Assembly: GCA_021736185.1 (NCBI GenBank)
Contig: JAIPGJ010000001.1
Span: 141-64,140, forward strand
Length of the DNA: 64,000 nucleotides
From: Fidelibacterota bacterium
GTDB lineage: Bacteria; Fidelibacterota; UBA8477; JABMPR01
Direction: 5' to 3'
Of the stretch, positions 16,054-26,117 are shown in pieces. Position numbers and translations under genes: made by a program. Each line of letters starts with the position of its first letter. Position 1 is the first letter of the stretch. A model generated the notes under the pieces. That model did not search any database and was not told the DNA's origin. It was given only the letters and a program-made list of their open reading frames with translations.

Positions 16054-18738
16054 TTGAGGTATGCCGTGGCTAGTGTAAACATTCATCAAGATACTGATCC
16101 CCAGGAAACCAGCGAATGGCTGGATTCTCTGGCTGCTGTCTTCGAAGAAGCAGGCGTGAATCGCGCCCATTTTCTTGTCAACGAACTGATTGATTATGCC
16201 AGTCGGCATGGAGTGCGACTTCCTTATAGTCCCAACACCTCTTATCTGAACACTATTCCTGTCTCACAACAGCCCCAATTCCCCGGTGATCGGGACATTG
16301 AGCGCCGTATCAAATCAATCATACGCTGGAACGCCATGGCCATGGTGGTTCGCGCCAATAAAGCCAGCGATGGCATCGGTGGACATATCTCCACTTACGC
16401 CTCCTCAGCCACCTTGCTTGAGATTGGTTTTAATCATTTTTTCCGTTCAGCCACTGATGAGTTTGGTGGAGATCTAGTCTACTTTCAAGGTCATGGTTCT
16501 CCGGGAATTTATGCCCGGGCCTTCCTGGAAGGTCGCCTCAGCGAGCAGGACCTGGCCAATTTCCGTCGTGAATTAGCAGATGGTGGTGGTCTCTCCTCAT
16601 ATCCGCACCCCTGGTTGATGCCTAATTTCTGGCAATTCCCCACCGTATCCATGGGTCTGGGACCCCTGCAGGCCATTTATCAGGCCCGTTTCATGCGCTA
16701 TATGGAAAACCGCGAACTGATTCCCAGGAGTGATCGTAAAGTCTGGGCTTTTCTCGGCGATGGGGAAATGGATGAACCAGAATCCCTGGGAGCCATTACC
16801 CTGGCTTCACGGGAAAAGCTGGATAACCTCATTTTTGTAGTGAATTGCAATATGCAGCGTTTGGATGGCCCTGTCCGCGGTAATGGCAAAGTCGTCCAGG
16901 AACTGGAAGGCGCTTTCAGAGGGGCTGGCTGGAATGTCATTAAAGTTATCTGGGGTTCAGAATGGGATGAACTGCTGGCCAAAGACAAAAATGGGACCCT
17001 GGCCAAGCGCATGGAAGAAGTGGTGGATGGAGATATCCTCAAGTATATCGTTGAGGGAGGTGCCTATATCCGTGAACATTTCTTTGGAGCCTATCCGGAA
17101 CTGCTGGAGATGGTGAATCATCTCAGTGATGAGGACCTTGAAAAATTAAAACGTGGGGGACATGACCCTGCCAAAGTCTACGCCGCCTATGCAGAAGCGC
17201 TGGCTCATGTGGATCAACCCACTGTAATTCTTACCAGTACGGTCAAGGGTTATGGAATGGGCGAAGCCGGTGAAGGTAAAAACATTACCCATGGTCAGAA
17301 AAAATTGAACGAAGAGGAACTAAAGGCGTTCCGCAGTCGTTTTGGAATACCGATTTCTGATGAAGAAGTGGTGAAGGCTCCTTTTTATCGTCCGGATGAC
17401 AACTCAGAAGAAGTCAAATATTTAAAAGCCCGTCGTGAAGCATTGGGTGGGCATTTTCCTGCTCGTCGTACCTCAGCAGAGCCTACTGAAACTCCCGAAT
17501 TATCAGCCTTTAAAGCTGCTTTGGAGGGAACTGGCGATCGAGCTCAATCCACTACCATGGCTTTTGTCCGTATTTTATCCATGCTCACCAAAGATAAAAC
17601 CATGGGCAAGCGAGTCGTTCCCATCGTTCCTGATGAAGCCCGAACTTTTGGTATGGAAGCCCTGTTTAGAAGTCTGGGTATTTACTCCAGCGTAGGTCAG
17701 CTTTACGACCCGGTAGATTCAGATCAATACCTTTATTATCGCGAAGATATCAAGGGACAAATTCTGGAAGAAGGTATCACCGAGGCCGGGTCGGCGAGTT
17801 CCTGGGTTTCAGCAGCAACCTCCTATAGTACTCATGGTGTCAATATGATGCCTTTTTATATCTACTACTCCATGTTTGGATTTCAGAGGGTCGGTGACAT
17901 GTTCTGGTTGGCCGGTGATATTCGCGCCAGAGGTTTCCTCCTGGGTGCCACAGCTGGAAGAACAACCCTGAACGGTGAGGGTCTGCAACACCAGGATGGC
18001 CATAGCCATCTCGCTGCAGCAACCATTCCCAATTGTCGGGCTTATGATCCAGCTTACTCCTACGAGATTGCCGTGATAATACAACATGGTATGAAGCGCA
18101 TGATGCAAGAGCAGATTGATGAATTTTATTATCTCACTCTGGAAAATGAACCCTATATCCACCCCGCCATGCCCAAAGGCGCTGAAGAGGGGATCATTAA
18201 AGGGATGTACCAGTTATCCAGCACAGGAAAAGCCAAGGATGACATGCATGTTCAATTACTGGGATCAGGAGCTATTCTTGGAGAAGTTATTGCAGCTGCC
18301 GATATGCTGAAAAAGGAATGGAAAGTTACCTCAGATGTCTGGAGTGTAACAAGTTATTCAGAATTACGATTGGAAGCTCAGGATGCACAGCGCTGGAACC
18401 GTCTCCATCCCACCGAGGCCAGGCGTAAAGCTTATGCCTGCCAGCTCATGCACGATAAGGTGGGGCCGGTGATTGCAGCTTCAGATTACATCAAACTGGT
18501 TGCCGAGCAGATATCCATTTTTATTGATAAGCCGTTTATCGCCCTGGGTACCGATGGCTTTGGCAGAAGTGAATCCCGAGAAAACCTGCGTAAGTTTTTT
18601 GAGGTTGATCGTTATTCCATCGTTGCTGCAGCACTGTTTCAGCTGCAAAAACTGGGTATTATTAAAGGTGAAGTTGTGGCTAAAGCCATCAAAAAGTATA
18701 AAATCGAAACAGAATCAGACAACCCAGTGAAGCGCTAG
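16054..18738 (+). CDS. aceE: Pyruvate dehydrogenase E1 component (homodimeric AceE type)
   Basis: The N-terminal ...DPQETSEWLDSLAAVFEEAGVNRAHFLVNELIDYA and full-length architecture are diagnostic of AceE. The ORF-track start at TTG 16054 is doubtful. GTG 16066 follows GAGG with a 6-nt spacer and is the likelier start. Confidence 0.9.
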   Translation: MRYAVASVNIHQDTDPQETSEWLDSLAAVFEEAGVNRAHFLVNELIDYASRHGVRLPYSPNTSYLNTIPVSQQPQFPGDRDIERRIKSIIRWNAMAMVVRANKASDGIGGHISTYASSATLLEIGFNHFFRSATDEFGGDLVYFQGHGSPGIYARAFLEGRLSEQDLANFRRELADGGGLSSYPHPWLMPNFWQFPTVSMGLGPLQAIYQARFMRYMENRELIPRSDRKVWAFLGDGEMDEPESLGAITLASREKLDNLIFVVNCNMQRLDGPVRGNGKVVQELEGAFRGAGWNVIKVIWGSEWDELLAKDKNGTLAKRMEEVVDGDILKYIVEGGAYIREHFFGAYPELLEMVNHLSDEDLEKLKRGGHDPAKVYAAYAEALAHVDQPTVILTSTVKGYGMGEAGEGKNITHGQKKLNEEELKAFRSRFGIPISDEEVVKAPFYRPDDNSEEVKYLKARREALGGHFPARRTSAEPTETPELSAFKAALEGTGDRAQSTTMAFVRILSMLTKDKTMGKRVVPIVPDEARTFGMEALFRSLGIYSSVGQLYDPVDSDQYLYYREDIKGQILEEGITEAGSASSWVSAATSYSTHGVNMMPFYIYYSMFGFQRVGDMFWLAGDIRARGFLLGATAGRTTLNGEGLQHQDGHSHLAAATIPNCRAYDPAYSYEIAVIIQHGMKRMMQEQIDEFYYLTLENEPYIHPAMPKGAEEGIIKGMYQLSSTGKAKDDMHVQLLGSGAILGEVIAAADMLKKEWKVTSDVWSVTSYSELRLEAQDAQRWNRLHPTEARRKAYACQLMHDKVGPVIAASDYIKLVAEQISIFIDKPFIALGTDGFGRSESRENLRKFFEVDRYSIVAAALFQLQKLGIIKGEVVAKAIKKYKIETESDNPVKR

Positions 18739-18855
18739 CAGAATCGAAACAATTAAAGAGAATTGATATGCTTCGACCAGCTCAGCAAGACATACCAAGA
18801 GATTTAGTGCAATAATATTATCTCAAATTGAAATTGATTGAAGAAAGATAAAATC

Positions 18856-20118
18856 ATGCTAAAAGAAATAATCATACCGGATCTAGGGGAAGGCATTGAT
18901 AGTGTTGAAGTAGGGGAGATCAATGTCAAACCCGGTGATCATGTAGATGTTGGTGATATTCTGGTCATCCTGGAGAGTGATAAAGCCTCCATGGAAATTG
19001 AATCCGAGTACGCCGGCACCATTAAAGATATTCGCATTAGCAGCGGTTCTGAAGTCAGTACCAATACCATTCTGGCTACCATTGAAGCAGATGAGACGGA
19101 AGCAGTAGCAGCGCCTGAACCAGAAGCAGTCAAAGCCGAAGAAAAACCAGTCAAAACCGCAGCTCCGGCAGCTCCAGTTGAAGAAGAAATGCCCAAAATT
19201 CCCATTGAAGTTCCGGTTACCAAGCGTCGGATCATTCCTGCCAGCCCTTCCGTTCGCAGATTTGCCCGTGAATTGGGTTGCGATTTAAGTCAGGTCAGTG
19301 GTACCGGCCCCAAAGGTCGTGTCCTCAAGGAAGATGTTCAGAATTATGTCAAGGGACGTCTCAGCGATGCTCCCGGTGTCAATTTGAGCCGACCTCCTCA
19401 AGCTGAGATCGATTTCAGCCAATGGGGTGAAATTGAAAAGGTCCATCTGAGCAAGATACGCAAAGTGACGGCTGTCAACCTGCAGCAGGCCTGGCAAACC
19501 ATTCCCCATGTCACCCAATATGATGAAACAGATATTACAGAACTGGAAGCCTTTAGAAAGATATACAAGCATGCCGTGGCCAAAGACGGAGGCAAGCTTT
19601 CCATATTACCCTTTATTATGAGGGCAGCAGCCAATGCTCTCAAGGAATTCCCGGATTTTAATAGCTCACTGGATGTATACGGCGAAAACCTGATCCATAA
19701 AAAATATATTCATCTGGGGATTGCAGTGGATACCCCCAATGGATTGGTTGTGCCCGTCATTCGAGATGTTGACCAGAAAAGCTTGAGTCAACTCGCCGTA
19801 GAGTTGGTTGATGTGAGCACCCGGACCCGTGATCGTAAAATCAAGCCAGCTGAACTGGTTGGTGCAACCTTTTCCATTTCAAGTCTTGGCGGCATTAGCG
19901 GAACCGGTTTTTCACCTATTGTCAATCCGCCGCAGGTTGCCATCCTGGGTGTTTCCCGCTCGAAGATCAAACCAGAATACGATGGTTCGGACTTTCAACC
20001 CCGACTTATGCTGCCTTTCTCACTGTCCTATGACCACAGGGTTATCGATGGTGCCACTGCAGCCAGATTCACAAAATTTATCGCTGATGAATTAAAAGCG
20101 ATCAAAAATTTATTTTAG
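18856..20118 (+). CDS. aceF: Dihydrolipoamide acetyltransferase E2
   Basis: Lipoyl domain (ESDKASMEIESE), E3-binding domain (PSVRRFARELGCDLSQVSGTGPKGR) and catalytic DHRVIDGA motif. The ORF track starts at TTG 18838. ATG 18856 is preferred. Confidence 0.9.
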   Translation: MLKEIIIPDLGEGIDSVEVGEINVKPGDHVDVGDILVILESDKASMEIESEYAGTIKDIRISSGSEVSTNTILATIEADETEAVAAPEPEAVKAEEKPVKTAAPAAPVEEEMPKIPIEVPVTKRRIIPASPSVRRFARELGCDLSQVSGTGPKGRVLKEDVQNYVKGRLSDAPGVNLSRPPQAEIDFSQWGEIEKVHLSKIRKVTAVNLQQAWQTIPHVTQYDETDITELEAFRKIYKHAVAKDGGKLSILPFIMRAAANALKEFPDFNSSLDVYGENLIHKKYIHLGIAVDTPNGLVVPVIRDVDQKSLSQLAVELVDVSTRTRDRKIKPAELVGATFSISSLGGISGTGFSPIVNPPQVAILGVSRSKIKPEYDGSDFQPRLMLPFSLSYDHRVIDGATAARFTKFIADELKAIKNLF

Positions 20119-20133
20119 CTTCAGGAGATTTAA

Positions 20134-21549
20134 ATGTCTAGTGCTCTTCAGGCCGATGTGGTCGTTCTCGGTGCAGGACCAGGGGGTTATGCTGCTGCTT
20201 TTCGAGCTGCTGATCTGGGTAAATCCGTCATACTCATTGATAAGGATAAAACACTGGGAGGTGTTTGTCTCAATCGGGGCTGCATCCCTTCCAAAGCCCT
20301 TCTCCATCTTGCCCGCGTAAAGTCAGAAAGTGCTGAGGTAAAAAGTTTTGGACTCAATTTTGCCGAACCGGTATGGGACCTTGAAGCCGTCAAACAATGG
20401 AAAAACGAACGGGTTGTCGGTCGCTTAACCAAGGGGATAGCTGCCCTGGCAAAAGCCCGCAAGGTTCAGGTTGTCACCGGCTCGGGAGTTTTCACCTCGC
20501 CTACAAGTATAGAAGTAACTCAAGCGGATGGGGTTGTGGAAGTCGTTTTCGAAGACGCCATCATTGCCGTTGGCTCCCATCCCACAAAAATCCCTGGCTT
20601 CCCTGAAGATCCCCGGATTATGGATTCCACCTCAGCCCTTGATCTTGATGGCATCCCAGAAAATCTGCTCATTATTGGTGGTGGTTATATTGGTCTTGAG
20701 ATGGGTACCATCTATTCCGCCCTGGGCTCCAGGGTCACGGTAGTGGAATTTATGCCCAATCTTCTGCCTGGTGCTGATCCTGATGTTGTTCAGCCCCTGG
20801 AGAAACGATTGAAGAAAGAATTTTCATCCATTCAGACCGGAACCAAGGTTTTGGGGATAAAACCCCACGATGACTATTTGGAAGTAAGCATTGAAGGCAA
20901 AGCCGGTCCAAGTACCGTGCAGGTCGATAAGGTTCTGGTAGCGGTGGGTCGTCGGCCCAATACTTTTGGCAGTGGCTTTGAAACCATCGGTTTGGATATC
21001 GACGAACGTGGATTCATCAAAGTGAATGAAAAGCGCCAGACCAATATTCCTCATATTTACGCCATTGGGGATATCACTGGTGATCCCATGCTGGCTCACA
21101 AAGCCACCCATGAAGGCAAGGTGGCTGCTGAGGTTATCTGCGGGCAACCCGCTGCGTTTGATATTTCCATTATTCCAGCAGTGATCTTTACTGACCCTGA
21201 AATTGCCTGGGCTGGTCTGACTGAAACACAGGCAAAGGAGCAGGGCATAGAATATGATAAGGGTGTTTTCCCCTGGTCTGCCAGTGGCCGAGCACTGGCC
21301 TTGGGGCGCACTGAAGGATTCTCCAAGGCTCTGTTTGACAAGGAGAGCGGAAAATTAATCGGGATGAGTATCGTGGGAACCAATGCTGGTGATCTGATTG
21401 CTGAAGCGGTTCTGGCCATGGAGATGGGAGCTGATGCTGAAGATATCGCCCTCATCATACATCCCCACCCAAGTCTATCAGAATCCGTTGGGAATGCAGC
21501 TGAGATCGTAGCTGGCAGTATAACTGACCTTTTTTCCCCTAAGAAATAA
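20134..21549 (+). CDS. lpdA: Dihydrolipoamide dehydrogenase E3
   Basis: GAGPGGYAAAFRAADLG...GGVCLNRGCIPSK is the FAD/redox-disulfide signature. A second Rossmann motif and a C-terminal dimerisation HPHPSLSE motif are present. Confidence 0.9.
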   Translation: MSSALQADVVVLGAGPGGYAAAFRAADLGKSVILIDKDKTLGGVCLNRGCIPSKALLHLARVKSESAEVKSFGLNFAEPVWDLEAVKQWKNERVVGRLTKGIAALAKARKVQVVTGSGVFTSPTSIEVTQADGVVEVVFEDAIIAVGSHPTKIPGFPEDPRIMDSTSALDLDGIPENLLIIGGGYIGLEMGTIYSALGSRVTVVEFMPNLLPGADPDVVQPLEKRLKKEFSSIQTGTKVLGIKPHDDYLEVSIEGKAGPSTVQVDKVLVAVGRRPNTFGSGFETIGLDIDERGFIKVNEKRQTNIPHIYAIGDITGDPMLAHKATHEGKVAAEVICGQPAAFDISIIPAVIFTDPEIAWAGLTETQAKEQGIEYDKGVFPWSASGRALALGRTEGFSKALFDKESGKLIGMSIVGTNAGDLIAEAVLAMEMGADAEDIALIIHPHPSLSESVGNAAEIVAGSITDLFSPKK

Positions 21550-21564
21550 TAGACTGAGGGAATC

Positions 21565-22218
21565 ATGCCAGGCTTCCGGATCGTTGAAATTGAGCAATGG
21601 GAGCGGAAGCAACAATTCCAGTTTTTCAAGAATTACGACAACCCTTTCTTTGGGTTGGTTGCCGATATTGAGGTTAGCAGACTGCTGGAGTATACGCGGA
21701 CCCGCGGTCACTCCTTTTTTGCTGCCTATCTGTATATTTCTCAGCTTCAGGTAAATAAGATTAAAGAATTCCGCTACCGAATCCTGGATGATCAAGTTAT
21801 CGATTATGCCACAATTTCTGCCGGGTCAACCGTGCTAAAAGCAAATGATGTTTTCACTTTTTGCTATTTCGAATTCATGAATTCATTTTCAGCATTCGAG
21901 GCCCATGTCCTTAAGCAGATTGAAAGCTGTCGCCAAGCTGAAAGCCTGCTGGAAGACCATGATCACGATCTGGCCATGATTCATTATTCGGTGATTCCCT
22001 GGGTCCATTTTCGGGGTTTGAGTCATCCCAGGAACTACAGCTCAGGTGACAGTATTCCCAAGATCGTTTTTGGGAAATATGCCAGTGCCAATGGTTTAAC
22101 AAATATGCCCATCTCAGTGGAAGCGCACCACTCGTTGATGGATGGATTTCATATGGGACAGTATTTTGAAGGCTTTCAGTCTTGTGCTAACTTCCCCGAA
22201 AATTATTTAGAGGGCTAG
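21565..22218 (+). CDS. Chloramphenicol-acetyltransferase (CAT) family protein
   Basis: 217 aa. The HHSLMDGFHMGQYF catalytic-His motif and overall length match the classic trimeric CAT family. Confidence 0.75.
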   Translation: MPGFRIVEIEQWERKQQFQFFKNYDNPFFGLVADIEVSRLLEYTRTRGHSFFAAYLYISQLQVNKIKEFRYRILDDQVIDYATISAGSTVLKANDVFTFCYFEFMNSFSAFEAHVLKQIESCRQAESLLEDHDHDLAMIHYSVIPWVHFRGLSHPRNYSSGDSIPKIVFGKYASANGLTNMPISVEAHHSLMDGFHMGQYFEGFQSCANFPENYLEG

Positions 22219-22220
22219 AC

Positions 22221-22676
22221 GTGGAATATTGTTTGATTCAACACGGAACCAAAGCTTACGAAGCATCGCTGAAGCTGCGACATCAAATCCTCAGGGTACC
22301 CTTGGGTATGAATCTATATGATGGATCATATGATGACCTCAGTCAAGAATCCAGATATTATCATTTTGGTGCTTTTAATGAAGCCGGTGAATTGATTTCA
22401 AGTGTCATTGGTATTCCAACTGCCACCCACGAAGTTCGAATCAAACAGATGGTTGTTGCTGAGGGTCACCAGAACCAGGGTGTGGGTAAAAGACTTTTCA
22501 TGGCCTTCGAAGCTTACTTGCTCAACCTGGGATTTCAGGTGTTCATTCTGCACTCTCGAAAGACTGCTCATGGTTTTTATCTGAATCTGGGCTACGAGAT
22601 TGTTGGTGAAAAATTTGAGGAAGTTGGCCTACCCCATTATAAGATGATTAAAACCTTTATACCACAACCTGATTAA
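22221..22676 (+). CDS. GNAT-family N-acetyltransferase
   Basis: QMVVAEGHQNQGVGKRLF...GYEIVGE acetyl-CoA-binding motif. GTG start is 3 nt after the CAT stop. Confidence 0.8.
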   Translation: MEYCLIQHGTKAYEASLKLRHQILRVPLGMNLYDGSYDDLSQESRYYHFGAFNEAGELISSVIGIPTATHEVRIKQMVVAEGHQNQGVGKRLFMAFEAYLLNLGFQVFILHSRKTAHGFYLNLGYEIVGEKFEEVGLPHYKMIKTFIPQPD

Positions 22677-22695
22677 GAGAGTCACCCCGCAAAAC

Positions 22696-23298
22696 TTATT
22701 TTCCCTTGCGCAGGGGGAAGAAATTCAATCCTCCTCCGCGTTTGGCACTATTACGCTTAGGTGAAAGGGGAAAAGTCCCTTCAGAAACCTTTTTAACATC
22801 TTCAATGGAATAAAAAGCCCTGGGGTTAAAGCGTGTTACCTCTTCGATGGTTTCTTGTAAATCCTTGCGAGCAATAATGCTAAAAAGGACTTTCACCGGT
22901 CCCTGGGCACCCATTCCATCGACCACGGTGATGCCCAATCCCTTCGCCCGGAAGAAACTCACCAAAGCATCTGCATTTTCACGGGTGATCACTCTCAGGG
23001 CGACCTTGCCAATGTAGAGGCGTCGCTCGATGGCAATACCGATATAATTCCCAGTGGCAAAGCCAGCAGCATAGAATACAAAATAGAAAGGTGAACTCAG
23101 GTTTTTCATAATACCTGAAATGACCACCAGCCAAATGAATACCTCAAAAAAACCTAGTACAGAGGCCAGGGTTTGTACACCCCTGGCAATGAATAATATG
23201 CGAATGGTGCCAAGGCTTACATCAATAATCCGGGCTAAAAATATAAGCACGGGTAATACAATATAGGCAAACCACCAGATTTCCAGCCAGGCTTCCAT
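22696..23298 (-). CDS. UPF0316/DUF2179-family membrane protein
   Basis: LIFLARIIDVSLGTIRILFIARG is the UPF0316 signature. Three TM helices plus a C-terminal soluble domain. ATG 23298 follows GGAG. Confidence 0.6.
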   Translation of the reverse strand: MEAWLEIWWFAYIVLPVLIFLARIIDVSLGTIRILFIARGVQTLASVLGFFEVFIWLVVISGIMKNLSSPFYFVFYAAGFATGNYIGIAIERRLYIGKVALRVITRENADALVSFFRAKGLGITVVDGMGAQGPVKVLFSIIARKDLQETIEEVTRFNPRAFYSIEDVKKVSEGTFPLSPKRNSAKRGGGLNFFPLRKGK

Positions 23299-23320
23299 GT
23301 TCAACTCCATTTGAAATCAG

Positions 23321-25792
23321 TTATTTTACCAGAAGGCATTTCCCTGAAAGTTCTTGATTTCCCAGCGTCGCTTTAAATAAATAAACACCACTGGGGAGAT
23401 TGTCAGCTTCCCAAGTGAGGGTCAGGCTGCCTTGTCTGGCATCCTGTTTTACCATGTCCACTTCTCGTCCATCAAGGCTGTAGAGTTTTAGCTCGAGAAT
23501 ACCAGCTTCCTGAATGCTGAACCGGAATCGGGTCGTCGAATTAAATGGATTGGGGTAGTGCTCTTCTAGCGTGAATGATTGCGGGCTGATACTGGCTGGG
23601 GAATCAATATCTGAGGCAATAAAGTTCACTTTAAAATCATCCAGATAGATCGTACCGGCATCTTTATTATTTTCATCGGTTTCAGCCAGATAAATTTTGG
23701 TCCAGGTGAGAGGGAAGCTGAGGATGGCATTGGGATTACCCCAGTATGGGACAGCATCTTCCAGCATTACTGTGACCTCTCTCCACTCGTTCTCCCAGTC
23801 AATACCAGGTGAGGCTGTCGTGAAGTCGAGGACGAATTTTTCATTCTGAGCGTTCTTAAACTCACCCCGTATCCAGTGTGCTGAGTTGTCACCATAAACC
23901 TGGAGCGAAACAGATTCAGGTGTACCTGAAATTTGGATATTGCAATCAAGGTAGAGAACACTGGTACCCCCTGTGGTCAGGCTGTAGTCCAATTTCCCTG
24001 AAGTTGGAGCAGATACGAATTGAGTATTGTCTGCTGTAAAACTACACGCTGCCAGGTTGATCCTTGCACCGCTGATGGTGAAGTTGTTGGTATTATCAAA
24101 ACTATCGATAGTAACCGAGGTTGAGCTACCAATTGCCAGGGGAATTGTGGCGGTTACCTCATGAAAGGTGGCCGTGATTGTGCCTTCTCCAATACTTTCA
24201 GCTTGGACAACTCCCGTTGCAGAAATTGTAGCAATATCAGGACTTACCCACCAGGTATAAGCTTCAGGTTCAACATGGATCAAATTGCCAAAAGCATCTC
24301 TAGAGACTGCGGAAATCACCTGTGACTCACCGGGTTCGAGGACAACTGCAGCGGGCTGCAGCGAAAGTGTAGCTATGTCTGTGACATGGACCCAGGTGGT
24401 ATCATGAATATCACCGCTACTCACGTATACATAACCCTCAGACTCGGTAGTGCTGGCTGAGAGTAGTCCGGTTGCGGAGATCGTACCGATGGTTGGATCG
24501 CAGGACCACTGCACAGACCCATCTGATATAGTAACAGGATTAAAATATTGATCTGTTCCGTAGACTGAGAATTGGAGCTGGGTTTCCACCAGTGTGAAAG
24601 TCTCACTCCAGGGTAGATTAATATATGCAAGGGAACCAAGGGGAGCTTTGGAAATGGCCATGAGTGCGTTTGCCACAGATCGCTCACCACCTGCATCGGA
24701 TGGGCTATTGACAACATTGCCTCGGACAACCATAGTGGTAGAGCCACCGCCATCCAGGTTGACAGCTTGATAAATACCCCACTCCAACATATAATCTGCT
24801 AATTCAAAGAGACTCATGCCTACACTGTAGTCCCCTTGTCTTCCATCAACCGTTACAAAAAACACGGTTGTACTATCTTCTGAGAAGCCTACAGCTGTTC
24901 GGGGGTGGCGATCCTGTGCAAAGCTGGAGCCCACGGATTCTTCCACCCATTCAACACTGCTAACACCATTTCGAATAATTCTGGGTCCACCTCCCACTAA
25001 CTGTGTCAGTGCATCTGCGCTTGGTGGTAGTGCCAGGTCAATGGTCAAGGTATCACCAACAAACATGGAATTATTGAGAAACGCTCCTGCCGTACCGTGA
25101 CCTGAAAGCACTGCTCCTTCTGCTGATAAGGGGATGGTAGAGTTGCCATGTCCATTTGCCTGGATACTATCTTTGGCAGTGACCACAGCGAGCATGGAAT
25201 TGCCAACGCCATGAGGTGAATTCACGTATTCAACTGTGATTTCAGATCCCCATTCGTTGGTACCTGTACTGGCCCCCATATAGCGATTATAGAGTACGAG
25301 CATGTCAGTATTCCTGACTTCGTTGACTCCATTGATATCAATTGAAAGGCTGTCCCCTTTGGATATTTGACCACTAAAAGTAACCACATCGATAAAGGGT
25401 TGTTTGTTGTCTGTAAGGGCGAATACCGATCGAATGTGAGGACGCTTTAACAAGGTCCCATTAATAATTTGAGAGCCAATACTGATTCCACCACTGGCAT
25501 AAAAGTCAGCATTGATGGCACCTATGACTGTATGTCCGGGAGCACTCGATCGAGCAGCCATGGAGGATGTGCGCTCGTAGCCGGCAATATTATTACCTGC
25601 TTTTATGGTCTCTAGTGTGTTCATGGTGTCAGAGAGATCGATTTCCAGAATTTGTAGGTGCCAGGGCCCACCAGGGAGAAAGGCGTGGTGATGGACAATG
25701 CCTGGACCAACAGGGCGACTGCTAAGGGTTTGCGCTTCTATTGAGACGAATGATAGTGCAATGATCATCATAAGCAGGGCTGTTTTACGCAT
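23321..25792 (-). CDS. Secreted phosphodiester glycosidase (DUF2233) with Ig-like domains and a T9SS C-terminal sorting domain
   Basis: Signal peptide. ...TAVGFSEDSTTVFFVTVDGRQ...GMSLFELADYMLEWGIYQAVNLDGGGSTTM matches the phosphodiester glycosidase core. C-terminal HYPNPFNS...LYSLDGREV...SGVYLFKA...LLVK is the T9SS C-terminal domain. Confidence 0.8.
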   Translation of the reverse strand: MRKTALLMMIIALSFVSIEAQTLSSRPVGPGIVHHHAFLPGGPWHLQILEIDLSDTMNTLETIKAGNNIAGYERTSSMAARSSAPGHTVIGAINADFYASGGISIGSQIINGTLLKRPHIRSVFALTDNKQPFIDVVTFSGQISKGDSLSIDINGVNEVRNTDMLVLYNRYMGASTGTNEWGSEITVEYVNSPHGVGNSMLAVVTAKDSIQANGHGNSTIPLSAEGAVLSGHGTAGAFLNNSMFVGDTLTIDLALPPSADALTQLVGGGPRIIRNGVSSVEWVEESVGSSFAQDRHPRTAVGFSEDSTTVFFVTVDGRQGDYSVGMSLFELADYMLEWGIYQAVNLDGGGSTTMVVRGNVVNSPSDAGGERSVANALMAISKAPLGSLAYINLPWSETFTLVETQLQFSVYGTDQYFNPVTISDGSVQWSCDPTIGTISATGLLSASTTESEGYVYVSSGDIHDTTWVHVTDIATLSLQPAAVVLEPGESQVISAVSRDAFGNLIHVEPEAYTWWVSPDIATISATGVVQAESIGEGTITATFHEVTATIPLAIGSSTSVTIDSFDNTNNFTISGARINLAACSFTADNTQFVSAPTSGKLDYSLTTGGTSVLYLDCNIQISGTPESVSLQVYGDNSAHWIRGEFKNAQNEKFVLDFTTASPGIDWENEWREVTVMLEDAVPYWGNPNAILSFPLTWTKIYLAETDENNKDAGTIYLDDFKVNFIASDIDSPASISPQSFTLEEHYPNPFNSTTRFRFSIQEAGILELKLYSLDGREVDMVKQDARQGSLTLTWEADNLPSGVYLFKATLGNQELSGKCLLVK

Positions 25793-26067
25793 GGATGGAT
25801 CTCCGTTTCATTAATAATCTTTTCATATGTTCATTATTCATGGGGTTTCTGAAACCCTGATGTCAAGCTTAGGACAAAGGGATGCGTTTTTCTGGATAAG
25901 CGACATTGAAAGATCCTGTATCAGTGTGAATCCGTGGAAAATCGATTTTACCTGCATGTCGCGTCCTTCAGTGCTGTGAATATAACCTGGTAAAACTAGA
26001 GGTGTAGGGGTTTGTTAATATTTTGCACAAATTGATTTAGGTATGTATAAGTTGGAAAATGAAGCAA

Positions 26068-26096
26068 TAAAAAGCCGTCGGTACGACGGCTTTTTA
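26068..26096. terminator. Bidirectional rho-independent terminator
   Basis: aaaaaGCCGTCGgtaCGACGGCttttt: a perfect 7-bp GC stem flanked by A- and T-runs, immediately downstream of the minus-strand gene ending at 26118. Confidence 0.7.
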
Positions 26097-26117
26097 TAGA
26101 ACAGTTATGAAGCGTTT

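Noticed and set aside
15863-16057. A 64-aa Cys-rich ORF (…CSQKCDCCCSLKICDYY…) upstream of aceE.
   Set aside because: It has a TTG start and no ribosome-binding site. It is composed of low-complexity promoter DNA, including the 17-bp palindrome. More likely it is a regulatory region than a peptide gene.
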